DNA of 64,000 bases from sequence record OR770614.1; one strand, 5' to 3'. Below are positions 1 to 11,000 of this stretch, piece by piece. The notes under the pieces are model-generated. The model was not told the DNA's origin. It did not search any database and worked only from the letters and a program-made list of their open reading frames with translations. Each line of letters opens with the position of its first letter. The first letter of the stretch is position 1. The position numbers and the translations under genes are program-made.

Positions 1-25
1 TTTTTTTTTTTTGCTGGGTCAACTT

Positions 26-253
26 TTAACTCATATTTTTTCTAACTAAATAATCCTTAATTTCTTTAACATCATATTTTTTAGCTACTTCGAAAATAAG
101 CTCTCTAAGTTCTTTTACTTCTTTTTCTAGAGAATATTCTTCTTGATCTTTCAATATATCTTTTTCTACTTGTTTAGCAGCTCTAAGTTGCATTCTTGAA
201 TATAGTTCATCCATAGATGAACCATAATCATTAAAATCAATATCTGGATTCAT
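26..253 (-). CDS. small hypothetical coiled-coil protein (early-gene cluster)
   Basis: 75-aa ORF in a tightly packed minus-strand run; C-terminal EKEVKELRELIF motif shared with the ORFs at 838 and 1567. Confidence 0.75.
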   Translation of the reverse strand: MNPDIDFNDYGSSMDELYSRMQLRAAKQVEKDILKDQEEYSLEKEVKELRELIFEVAKKYDVKEIKDYLVRKNMS

Positions 254-255
254 AA

Positions 256-537
256 TTATTTTCCTCCATTTTTATATAATAATCTATTATATCGAGATTT
301 TATGGTTCTGTTAATAGTTTTTTCGTTAGATAAAGCTTCTTTTAGTTCTTTAATTTTTCTTTCTTTTTCTTTATTATCTTCAACAACTTTACTAGCTAAA
401 GATACAGCTTTATCAACTCTATTATTTAAATCATAAAATTTCTCTTCTGCTTTCTTAGTTCTAGCTATAGTTCTCTTTACTGTATTAATAAATTCATCTG
501 AACCGATTATTCTTTTAATGGCATTCATACTCTTCAT
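256..537 (-). CDS. small hypothetical coiled-coil protein
   Basis: 93-aa ORF in the co-oriented cluster, abutting its neighbours. Confidence 0.75.
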   Translation of the reverse strand: MKSMNAIKRIIGSDEFINTVKRTIARTKKAEEKFYDLNNRVDKAVSLASKVVEDNKEKERKIKELKEALSNEKTINRTIKSRYNRLLYKNGGK

Positions 538-541
538 TCCT

Positions 542-817
542 TTATTTAAGATTATCTTTGATAAAATTCTTTAGATACTTTTTAGTTACTTCAGAATGTG
601 AATTTAATTCGTTAGAAAGACGAACTAATTCTAATCTCACCTCATCCAATTTCTTTTCATTAGTTTGATTAGAATTATCTATTCTATTAATTAATGTACC
701 TATAATATCGTTTAAATAATGATAGCTATCTTTCATATTATTTAATTTAATTTCATTCATTCTAGTACGTTCTTCTATTTCATCTATACGTTTGATTAAA
801 CTTTTTTCATTATCCAA
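542..817 (-). CDS. small hypothetical coiled-coil protein
   Basis: 91-aa ORF with an SD-like AGAGATGTG upstream and a TTG start. Confidence 0.7.
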   Translation of the reverse strand: MDNEKSLIKRIDEIEERTRMNEIKLNNMKDSYHYLNDIIGTLINRIDNSNQTNEKKLDEVRLELVRLSNELNSHSEVTKKYLKNFIKDNLK

Positions 818-837
818 AATAAAATCACATCTCTTTA

Positions 838-1086
838 TTATTTAAAATTTTCTTTAACAATTTCGTTAGATAGTTTATTTATATAATCATTTTTAAATCC
901 TGTATGCTTAGAAATAGATACGATAGCTTCTTTGAGAAGTTTATTTTCTTTTTTTATATTTTCATTATATTCATAAAGAGTGCTTACAGCTTTATTTAAT
1001 TTTTCAATTTCAAAATTAAAATGACCTGAATTAGCTATGCTCTTAAATTCAATAGTTTTCAATTGTTCTTTAATTTCTTCATCCAT
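838..1086 (-). CDS. small hypothetical protein (paralogue family)
   Basis: 82-aa ORF with a strong AAGGAGGA RBS. Confidence 0.8.
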   Translation of the reverse strand: MDEEIKEQLKTIEFKSIANSGHFNFEIEKLNKAVSTLYEYNENIKKENKLLKEAIVSISKHTGFKNDYINKLSNEIVKENFK

Positions 1087-1099
1087 TTTTAAATCCTCC

Positions 1100-1555
1100 T
1101 TATTTAATTAATTTAAATAGATTACGTCCAAATTCTTTATATTTTTTATTTTCAATTAAACTGAAATCAACCAGACTACTATCCACTTGTAACAAGTAAA
1201 TTGGATCATCTTTTTTGTTTTTATTATTTAAAAGAAAACTTCCAAAGTAAATATTTTCTTCTCTAGGTTTTTCTTTTTTAACTTTTAAATCTTGTTCGTT
1301 GAATTCAAACTTGTATATGAAACCCATTAACTGTATAGGACCATTTTTAAATATATGATAGTCAAAGCTATTTTCGAATTTATGATTTTCTTTATTAATT
1401 TGATCCATTAATTCATCTTTAATAACTTCATTATAAAAAGACTCATCAACTTGACTCAATGGTCTTAAATAAGATTCTTCTTGTATTTTAGGTTCTAATA
1501 ATTTAATTTTCTGATCTAAAGTTAATTCTGATGCAATTTTCTTTTCACTTGTCAT
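1100..1555 (-). CDS. hypothetical protein
   Basis: 151-aa ORF with an AAGGAGA RBS. Confidence 0.8.
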   Translation of the reverse strand: MTSEKKIASELTLDQKIKLLEPKIQEESYLRPLSQVDESFYNEVIKDELMDQINKENHKFENSFDYHIFKNGPIQLMGFIYKFEFNEQDLKVKKEKPREENIYFGSFLLNNKNKKDDPIYLLQVDSSLVDFSLIENKKYKEFGRNLFKLIK

Positions 1556-1566
1556 TGTAATTCTCC

Positions 1567-1794
1567 TTATATAAATTTACTATTAATATCTTTAAAAAGT
1601 ATCTTCTTTAATTCTTTTCTATCAACTTCATTATTCTGGTAAATTTTAAAAAGAAATTCATGAAGTTCTTTATTCTCTTGTTCCAGCTCTTCAATTTTAT
1701 CAAGTTTATCCTGACCTCTTATTGCTCTAGAAAGATTATTTAATGCAGTATTTAATTGATTTGAAACTTGAGTAATTTGATTGTTATTAGTCAT
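1567..1794 (-). CDS. small hypothetical protein (paralogue family)
   Basis: 75-aa ORF with an AAGGAGA RBS. Confidence 0.8.
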   Translation of the reverse strand: MTNNNQITQVSNQLNTALNNLSRAIRGQDKLDKIEELEQENKELHEFLFKIYQNNEVDRKELKKILFKDINSKFI

Positions 1795-1807
1795 TGAAAG
1801 ATCTCCT

Positions 1808-3031
1808 TTACTTAACTATAATTAAATTCTTTTTAGCACGAGTAATTGCAGTATATAATGATTTGTATCTATCTTTAGAATAATTTTCATCGAATACAAT
1901 AACGTTATCAAATTCAGATCCTTGAGATTTATGAACAGTTATTCCATAAGCATAATTAAAAGGATTAACTTTCATACTAAAATTACTCATAGTAGTTACA
2001 TAACGTTTTTTAAAGATCTTATTAATTTCATTATCTGTCTTTCTTAATTCAAATAACTCCTGTTGATCTCTAATAGTTCCATTGAAAATTAAATCATCAT
2101 AATATATTCTACTAAATCTTTCATTATCAAAACCTACTGGCTTAAAATCTAATTGTGTTGAAGCAGTAAAACTATTTTTCTTACCAGATCTTGTTATTTC
2201 TCCAATTAAACCATTTGTAAGATATTGATTTATATTTCCTTCAGTAATAACTTTATTCCAGTTATTTTTCAAGCAAATAATTTTTTCTCCTGCTTTAGGA
2301 AAAGGATTTGATTCAATGTCAATTCCTTCAACTTGATTTCTATAGAAGCTATTAAATTGATTAACTGTTTTATTATAACTCATAAGAACTTGATCTGCAT
2401 TTTTATACATATCTATTGTTAATTCATTTGAATTTATTACTTGTAAATTATCTCCATAAGAACCATATTCAATATCTTCTCCTTTACGAACTTCATTAGC
2501 CATTTTAAGAATAGGGTTATCTAATGCCTGTCTAACAGGTTCATCTAAGAATATGTCTGGATTTTCTATTAATGAATTAGTACCAAAAACTGGTGTCAAT
2601 TGAGATTTGTCTCCACAAACTAATATAGGTATTTCAAATTGTTTAATCTCTTCAATCATTTTATCAGGAACCATAGATATTTCATCAATGATTATTAATT
2701 TAATTTCAGGATCAAATTCTTCTTTAGTTTTTAAAACAAATCTAACTTCACCTGTTTTTTCATCTACGAAAGGATTATAAATAGTTCTATGAATGGTAGT
2801 AGCATTTATACCTCTCTTAACTAATACTCCTGCTGCCATTCCTGTATATGCTATAAACGATACTTGAGATTCATGTAATCCTAAAGTATCTATTATTTTA
2901 GTCATCAAATAACTTTTACCACTTCCAGCAATTCCTGCTAAAACAAAAGGTCTTGATGTATCATTATTCCACCAGTGCTTAGCCTTCATTAATCCTTCTT
3001 CTTGTTTTTTATTTAATCCCATGAAATTCAT
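1808..3031 (-). CDS. SF1B DNA helicase, Dda/RecD-like
   Basis: Walker A GIAGSGKS, Walker B IIIDEISM, GDKSQL, motif V TVHKSQGSEF, motif VI YTAITRAK. Confidence 0.9.
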   Translation of the reverse strand: MNFMGLNKKQEEGLMKAKHWWNNDTSRPFVLAGIAGSGKSYLMTKIIDTLGLHESQVSFIAYTGMAAGVLVKRGINATTIHRTIYNPFVDEKTGEVRFVLKTKEEFDPEIKLIIIDEISMVPDKMIEEIKQFEIPILVCGDKSQLTPVFGTNSLIENPDIFLDEPVRQALDNPILKMANEVRKGEDIEYGSYGDNLQVINSNELTIDMYKNADQVLMSYNKTVNQFNSFYRNQVEGIDIESNPFPKAGEKIICLKNNWNKVITEGNINQYLTNGLIGEITRSGKKNSFTASTQLDFKPVGFDNERFSRIYYDDLIFNGTIRDQQELFELRKTDNEINKIFKKRYVTTMSNFSMKVNPFNYAYGITVHKSQGSEFDNVIVFDENYSKDRYKSLYTAITRAKKNLIIVK

Positions 3032-3395
3032 ACACCTCGATTATTTTTGTAAATCATTTACTTTGTAATTTAATAATTATTGGTTAATTCAGTTTAATAA
3101 TTTTTTCTTTATAAAAAATTTGAAATCCACCACAATATATTATTTATATATTTGTAAATAATAGATTTTTTATTAATTAATAAATATATTATAAAAAATA
3201 ATATTAATTAAAAATGTTATTAAAAATTAAGTAATTAAAATTAAAGAAAAATACTTATAAATAAACTTAATTTGGATCATAGAAAAAATTAAAAATTACA
3301 ACTAATATTTTAAATATATATTATTTTAATGAGATTAGTATAAATACTAATTTCAAATATATAAAAATATGTAAAATATAAGGAGAGAATATGGT

Positions 3396-4295
3396 ATGGC
3401 AATTACAAGAAGAAAAGTAACTAATGAAACTAAGGATTTAAGTGTATTAGAATCAGCAGAATTAAAAGTAAGTGAAGAACAAGGTTATAAAGGTGACGTA
3501 TTAACTTTTGAAATTGAAACAATTCCAGAAAAATATGATAGAAAGAATTTAGTATTAATTCCAGAAGATGATAATGTAATCAAAATTAATTACAATAAGA
3601 ATGAAATTAATATTGCTTCTGATGAATTAAAAGATGTAATTATTAAATTAAAGGATATTCCAACAGATACAGAATATGATAATGTAACTATTACAGCTTC
3701 AGGAATTAATCCTGATAAAGAAAAAGAAATTAAAGAAGAAAAAGTAGAAGAAGTTAAGAATCCAGTTAAAAAGAAATCTAGTACAAAAACTAAAACAAGT
3801 AAAAAGGATGATAATAAAGTGGAAAAAATTAAAGTTAATCGAGTTAAAAAAGACGTTAAGAAAACTACTAAAAAGAAATACAGTGATAAATCATACACTA
3901 AAGATGAATTATTAAATGATTTATTAATGAATCTTGTAGATGAATCAGGAAATGAAGCATACAGTAAAAAAGAATTAAAAGATATTGTAACATTAGCAGA
4001 TTCATTACGTACATCAGCTTTAAAAGAGGGTAAAACAATTTCAATTAATAACATCAACTTTACACGTAAATTACAAAAAGCTCGTATTCATGCACCTAAA
4101 TTAGATACAGTTAAATCACCTTCATATGTAACTCCACATATAGTTATGCAAGCTAAAGTTGAATCTGATGATAAAGAAGTATTAAAAGGTGAGAAATTAT
4201 CTGCTGATAAATTTAGAACAAAAGATGGTGAAGAAATCGATTTAAATAAAGTTAATGAAGAGTATGAAAAAGAGTTTAAAAATAAATTTCAATAA
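3396..4295 (+). CDS. DNA-binding protein with a C-terminal HU/IHF-like (TF1-like) domain and a Lys-rich linker
   Basis: The segment YTKDELLNDL...SKKELKDIV...ALKEGKTISINNINFTRKLQKARIHAP follows the HU helix-helix/beta-arm pattern; AAGGAG RBS. Confidence 0.6.
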   Translation: MAITRRKVTNETKDLSVLESAELKVSEEQGYKGDVLTFEIETIPEKYDRKNLVLIPEDDNVIKINYNKNEINIASDELKDVIIKLKDIPTDTEYDNVTITASGINPDKEKEIKEEKVEEVKNPVKKKSSTKTKTSKKDDNKVEKIKVNRVKKDVKKTTKKKYSDKSYTKDELLNDLLMNLVDESGNEAYSKKELKDIVTLADSLRTSALKEGKTISINNINFTRKLQKARIHAPKLDTVKSPSYVTPHIVMQAKVESDDKEVLKGEKLSADKFRTKDGEEIDLNKVNEEYEKEFKNKFQ

Positions 4296-4307
4296 TAAAT
4301 AGATTGG

Positions 4308-4970
4308 ATGATATTAATGAAGCATTTTTACAATAAGAAAAGAAGTATTAATATTAATATAGAGAATCTATATTTAAATCATATTGATGTAATTAAACGT
4401 TATGATTTTGGTGACGAAGAATTACATCAAATGATTGATAGATTTTTACCTCAAATAATTGAAGAATCTTATGAGTTTAATATTGAAATGTATAATTTAT
4501 TAAAGACTGATAATATTAAGGAACGCTATGAATTAACTTCATTAGCTTCTCTTGAATTATTAGATATAATTCTTTATTTTGTTTCTATAAATTCTACTTT
4601 GATTGAGAAGTATAATTTAGAATACAAATATGTAATAGAATTGAATGATTTAAATTTCAGTAAAGATTTTGTATTAAATACAGGTGAAAAAGTTAGTGAT
4701 GATAAATTCTATCAAACAATAATTGATTCTGTAAGTAAAACAGTGGTTAATAATGGTGGTCATATAAGAAGATTAACACCTAATAGAAAATATCATCAAG
4801 AAAATAAAAAAGTCAGTAAAAAAGAAATGAATCATATTATTGGTTCTATTTTCTTTATTAACCATAAAACAATAGATTTCTTATTAACTATGCTATTTGA
4901 AAAATTATCTTTAGAAAAAGATGTAGATTTAGTATTAGATAAAATTCAAGAAGTAGTTAAAAATAAATAA
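4308..4970 (+). CDS. hypothetical protein
   Basis: 220-aa ORF directly downstream of the HU-like gene and followed by a terminator. Confidence 0.8.
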   Translation: MILMKHFYNKKRSININIENLYLNHIDVIKRYDFGDEELHQMIDRFLPQIIEESYEFNIEMYNLLKTDNIKERYELTSLASLELLDIILYFVSINSTLIEKYNLEYKYVIELNDLNFSKDFVLNTGEKVSDDKFYQTIIDSVSKTVVNNGGHIRRLTPNRKYHQENKKVSKKEMNHIIGSIFFINHKTIDFLLTMLFEKLSLEKDVDLVLDKIQEVVKNK

Positions 4971-4974
4971 TTAT

Positions 4975-5022
4975 TTTCCCTAACACTTATATTCCTTAAA
5001 TGGAGTATTTGTGTTAGGGAAA
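4975..5022 (+). terminator. intrinsic terminator hairpin
   Basis: TTTCCCTAACAC / GTGTTAGGGAAA inverted repeat followed by a T-tract. Confidence 0.8.
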
Positions 5023-5069
5023 TTTTTGTTTTTTTTTGTAAATTATTATCAAATCATATAACTTGATGG

Positions 5070-5081
5070 AACATATTTGTA
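5070..5081 (+). promoter_or_regulatory. putative late promoter (AACA-N6-TA)
   Basis: AACATATTTGTA just upstream of the 5099 ORF; matches my recollection of the AR9 non-virion RNAP late consensus. Confidence 0.55.
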
Positions 5082-5098
5082 TTAAGAAAATATGAGCG

Positions 5099-8000
5099 GT
5101 GGTGAAATTAAAAGTAATGGATAATAATAAAAAGAATATAAAGAGGCTAGAAAAAAATAATAAATCAGAGATAATTAAAAATGCTTCTAAAAATACTAGT
5201 CGTATTCTTTTCAATGCATTTATTAAATCAAATCCAGCATTAGATAGTGTTATTGGTTCTGATGGATTAAATTTAATGAATAAAGAAGAAAGAAGAATTA
5301 AAAACGTTTCTGAAATTAAATCTTCCACTAAGAATTTAATAAAAAGTATTAAATCTAGTTCAGAAGAAAATGATATATTTTCAGAAGAAAGTGAAGAAAT
5401 ATCAAATTCTAAACCTGAGTATGAAACAGTTACTGAAATAATTGATAATGATGATGGTACAAAATCTGAAATAATAAATGTTTCAGATAAAAAGAAATCT
5501 AGTCTAGTAAATTCCCCTTTAATTGCTTTTAATAATCTCGCTACGATTAACCAAAAAGGTTTTACAGGAACTAATATAGCTTTAAGAAATTTAGCGATAT
5601 CAAATGAGGCTACAAGTACTTTAATGAATTCAGCTGTATCGAATTTAGCATCAATACAGAGTTCTATATATCAAAATACTTTACTTGAAGAAAATACTAA
5701 AAGAGGAAAACAGAGTAAACTATTTGAAATAATTAATGGTAATATAAGTTTATTAAAATATTTAGACGATAAGACAAATATTGAAAATAATTCAATGATA
5801 AGTATGTTAGGTGGTTCTGAAGGACTTAAGAATATATTAATGGGATTTGCAAAAAATCCTATTGAATTAGCATTAACTACAGGTGCTCAAATGGGCATGA
5901 AGAAATTGATGTATGGAAGTACTTCAGGATACGATCCAGATGATGTTGAAAATAAAGGTATATTTAGTAGACTTAATAGAAAATTTGATCCTAATAATTT
6001 AGGTTCTTTATTAGTAAGTGAACTGACTGATGATGAAGGAAGGTTATCAAATACCTTAGATAAACTTAAAGGTAATGATAATAAATATATTTCTAATTTA
6101 GGTGAAGCACTTAATAAAAGAATCGGAAATTTAAAAGATAACGTTTTAAGTGATGGAACAATATCAACTAAGAATAAAAGAGATAAAAATACTCCAGTTC
6201 AATTTGATAGACAAAGTCATACTTCTATTAATAAAGCTATACCAGATCTTTTATCTAGATTACAAGGTAATCTAATTGCTAGAAGAGAAGGAAAATCTAA
6301 TGGTTTAGTCAATAATAGTGAATTAGGTAGTATATATAATTATTCTGAAGGAACTTGGGATAGTAGAGAGAATACTAGAAAAAATATAAATGATAAATTA
6401 AAAGAAAAATCATTATTTAATTTTAAAGATACTAAATTAGGAAAAGATTTATCTGATAATGGTATTGAAGATGAAGAAATTAAGGATATCTTACTCTCTT
6501 TAAGTAAAATTAATAAACCAGTAAAAAATAAAGATGAATTATCTAAGCATACTAAAGATATAAATTATTCAGATATTATTGAAAATATTTTCAATAATGA
6601 TATATCTAAATTTAATATTGATCTTTTTAATATTAAGAAATCAATAGGCTCTGAGTATAACAAGATTGGTAAAGATGATTCAACATTAATGTCATTTACA
6701 GATATTAAAGGATTAAAAAGAAGAAATAATGAAACTCAATCAAGTTCTGCTAGAGTAAATAAAATTAATGAAGTTAAAGATTATTCTGATATCGAATGGA
6801 AGAATGATGATCTTGATGAACTTAAAAAATTATTCTTAGAAATAGAAAGTAAATTAGACGATATTAATCCAGAAAATATAAGCAATAATAAAGATTATGT
6901 AAATGATAAAATAGGAAAAATTAATAGTATTATAGATTCGTCTAGTAAGTTTAATTTACCTAGTTATTTATCTAATGAAAAAACAAAATCAGTTCAAGAC
7001 AAATTAGGTAAACTATCAAGTTCTGTTAATAAATTTAATGATATGCGTAAAGATCCTTCATCTATTTTAAGAGAAAACACTAATAATAATGGTAATAATG
7101 AAGATCATAATTCTGGTATCATAGATAATAACTATACAGATAATCATCCTTTAATGAATTTAATAAAGAATATTAAAGGACCTCAGAGTAATAATAAAGT
7201 TGATTTAAATAAAGAACCAACTAAAAGTATTGATGATTTATCTAGAGAAGAAAAGCAATCTAAAGCTAGAAAATATCTTGAAAATTTAATTAGCACTGCT
7301 TATCCTAAGCAAAGTAAAACTATGATAAACGACATGAATCAATCTGATGATAATAAAAAATTAGATGAAATGAAAAAAGGTTTATCAACTGCAAATGCTG
7401 CTGAGACTGGTGAAGACGTTATATCAAAATTATCAGGATCTAGTAAAACAAAGGTTGCTGAAGATTTAAGAGGAACTCTTAAATTTGGCTCTGGTGGAGC
7501 AGCTGAAAAAGAAACAGGTACTAAGAAATTAATGAACTCAATGTTAGATTTTAGTAAACCAGGAACAATTGCTTTTGCAGGACTATCTGCTACTGTTTTG
7601 GCTAAATTAATGAACGGTAAAAAGAAAAAAGATCAAGAAAAAGGTCTAATGGGTAGTGTTGGAACAGGATTGGGATTCTTAGGTAAAGCTGGATTAATGT
7701 TAGGTGGAGGTGCTATAGCAGCAAAATTCTTACCTAAGATACTAAAGAAATTCTTACCTAAAGGTGCAATGAAAATGCTTGATGTAGTTAGAGGACTACC
7801 TGGTAAAGTTAAAGGTGCTATTGGTAAAGTTGTAGATATAGGAAAAAACTTTTATGGGAAAACTAAAAATTTAATAAAAGGTATTGGAAATTTAGGTAAA
7901 AATATATTTGGAAAAACTGTTAAATTTGGTAAAGGTGCATTCAATAAAACTGTTAAATTTGGTAAAGGTGTATTCAATACAGGTGCATCTGTAGTAAAAT

Positions 8001-11000
8001 GGGGTGCTAAAAAGTTACCTAAAGTAAAATCATTTGCAGTTAAGGGATTAACTAAAACTGGTAAATTTTTAGGTAAAGGTTTTAAAAAAGCTAGTTCTAT
8101 AGGTAAAGGTATATTTAGCTCTATAAAAAATGGGGGTAAAAAAACTTTTGGATTCTTAGGTAAAGCTAAAAATAAACTATTTAGCAAAGGTGGTATGAAA
8201 GCTGCTGGAAAATTTGCTTTAAAAGCTGGTCTAAAAACAGCATTACCTTTTATACCTATTGTTGGTCCTATTATAGGTGCGGCAATGTGGGCACCAGATA
8301 TTATCAAAACTATAAAACATCCTATTGAATCTCTTAAACATCCAATTAAAACTTTAGGAAGCTTTTTCGGATTGTCTAAACACCCAGGAGATAATCTTGA
8401 GGCTAGAGAAAAAGAAGAAAAAGAAAATGAAGATGAAACAGGTTTAGGAAGATTAATATTATCTACTTCTAAAATGATGTTTAGATCATCTCCTTTATTC
8501 CCAATTTCAAAAGTTGGTGGAGATATGTTTAAAACAATAACTGATAATAAAATGAAGTCAGGTCCTAAAGCTGAAGAAGAAATACAAGAAAATATGTTCT
8601 ATGATACTCCTTTAGGTAGTTTATATCAAATTGCAAAAGGTGGAATAGATTTCTCTACTAAAGGTGGAGGAGAAATTGGTGATTGGTTTGCACGTTTCTT
8701 AGTTAAAATGGAAGAAATGGTAGTTGCCATGTCTAAAATGAAAAACTCTAGTTCAGGTGGAGATTCATCATCTTCATCAGGTAGCAGTAGTGGACAATTA
8801 CAAGGTGATGAAATTGAAATAGATAAAAATGCACCTTCTATTACATCACAATCTGTATTGAATAAAATACCTGATAATGCTGCAGGTGCTTGGATTAAGA
8901 AACACCAATTCTGGCAACCATTTGGTAATTATCAAGGACTATCATTTAACGGAAGTTCAAAACACTGGGGTATAGATATTGGTATGCCTACAGGAACAGA
9001 TATATTAGCTATTGTACCTGGTACAGTAAGTAATATAATTAAAGACGTTGGTGGAGGTAATATCGTTGAGGTCAAAAACGGTAGTATCTACACTTGGTAT
9101 ATGCATAATAGTAAAATAACTGCTAAAAAAGGTGATAAAGTAGGAGTAGGTCAAAAAATTGCCGTCTCTGGTAATACAGGGGCTCAAACTACTGCACCAC
9201 ATATGCACTTCCAGGTCATGAAAGGAAGACCTTCAAATGAAACTGCAATTGATCCAGCACCTTATGTATTTGCTAAAGTAAAAGGTAAAGGTTCAGATGA
9301 TGATGACGATAAGAGTAGTTCTAAAGGTGGAAGTAGTAAAAAAGGTGAAAAAGATAAAGGTGGAGGTCATTCACTAGTAGGTGATATGAATTCTGTATCT
9401 ATGCAAAGACAACTTAAGAAGAAAAGCATCCAAGATATGCAGAACCGAAGAAAAGAAATTGCTCAACAAAAGAGAGAGCAAGATAAAATTAATACACAAA
9501 TAAATAGAATCAATAAGCAAGATGATTATAAAGTTAAAGAAAAAGCTAAAAAAGTAAATAAAGTATTTAATGCAATTAAAGAAAGTAAAGAGAAAAAACA
9601 AACTGGAATATTAAGATCATCAAATCAATTTAATAAAATTTTGATTATAGGTGATGAAATAACTAAAGATGCTTCAAATGATCTTAGAATTAAAATTAAA
9701 GGTGCTAAAATAGAAGCTTCTGTAGGGAAACAATATTCTGGTGGATCTGAATCTGGTAGAAGAATATTACAGAATAATATTGATGAGTATAACAGAACAG
9801 GTGTAGCAATAGTCATCCAATTAGGTTTAAACGGAGGATTATCTACAGGAGAAATATCAGAAATACAGAATATGTATGATAAAGCTAATGTATATTTCGT
9901 TAATACTTATTTCAATAGTAATAAAAACGGTACTAGTTTAGATTTAACTGATTTGATGAATGCAGTCAATGAATCAATTAATGCTAGTGCAGCTAATATA
10001 ATTGACTGGTTTAGTAAAGCTAATTCTGTTTTAGTTAAAGAAGATGGTTATATGCCAACTAATAAAGGTAGAATGATATTAGTAGATTTAATAAAAATGT
10101 ATGTAAATCCTTATATTGGTGGTGGAGGTTCTTCTGATGATAAAAAAGCAGAAGAAAAAATTGATAAAGAAGTAGAAAAAGAAAAATCTAAAGCTGATAA
10201 AAAAGATAATAAAGATGAAGATGAAAAAGGATCTGAATCTAAAGTTTCTAAAGATGAAGATGGAGAATCTTCTGATAGTGATAGTTCTGATTCTTCTTCA
10301 GGTTCCGGAGCCGGAGAATACAGTTTCAAAAATGGTACTTGGTATGGTTCTATTACCGGTAGAGATGATAGAAGAATGGATGAAGAAGAACAAGAAGAGC
10401 TTAATGATCGTTTAATGAAACGTTATGCTAAAATCTATGGAATTGACTATGAAGAAGCTAAGAAAATAGATAAAGAACAACAAGAAGAGCTTAAAGCTAA
10501 AGCAGGTAAAGAAGCTACTGAGTCTGGATCTTCAAGTGGATCAAGTTCATCTAAAGATGGAGACGATAAAGATTCTGGATCTTCTGCAAGTTCTTCTAAG
10601 GATAAAGCTAAAGAAAATATTGAAAAAGCAGGTAGTCAAATTTCTAAATTAGGTAATGGTTTCCAATTACCAACATTAGAGAATAGTGGTTTTTCTAATA
10701 GTAATAAATCAACACAAAATAATCAAGGTAATACAAGTAATAATACAACAAATAATAATTATAATCAAGGTCAAGGAAGTACTGTTAATAATACCGATGT
10801 AAAACAAGAATTTGTAAAAGGTAAAAATAAAACTACAAATCATTATAATAAAATTGTAAATAATTATAAAAATTCAACTGTAACTAATGGTAATACAGAT
10901 TATATATATGATTATGAGCAATATTGGTATTCAGATGACCTCGTTAAAATGTTGTCAAATATAGATAGAAATACATTAGCTTCTACTAAAGAATTAGATA

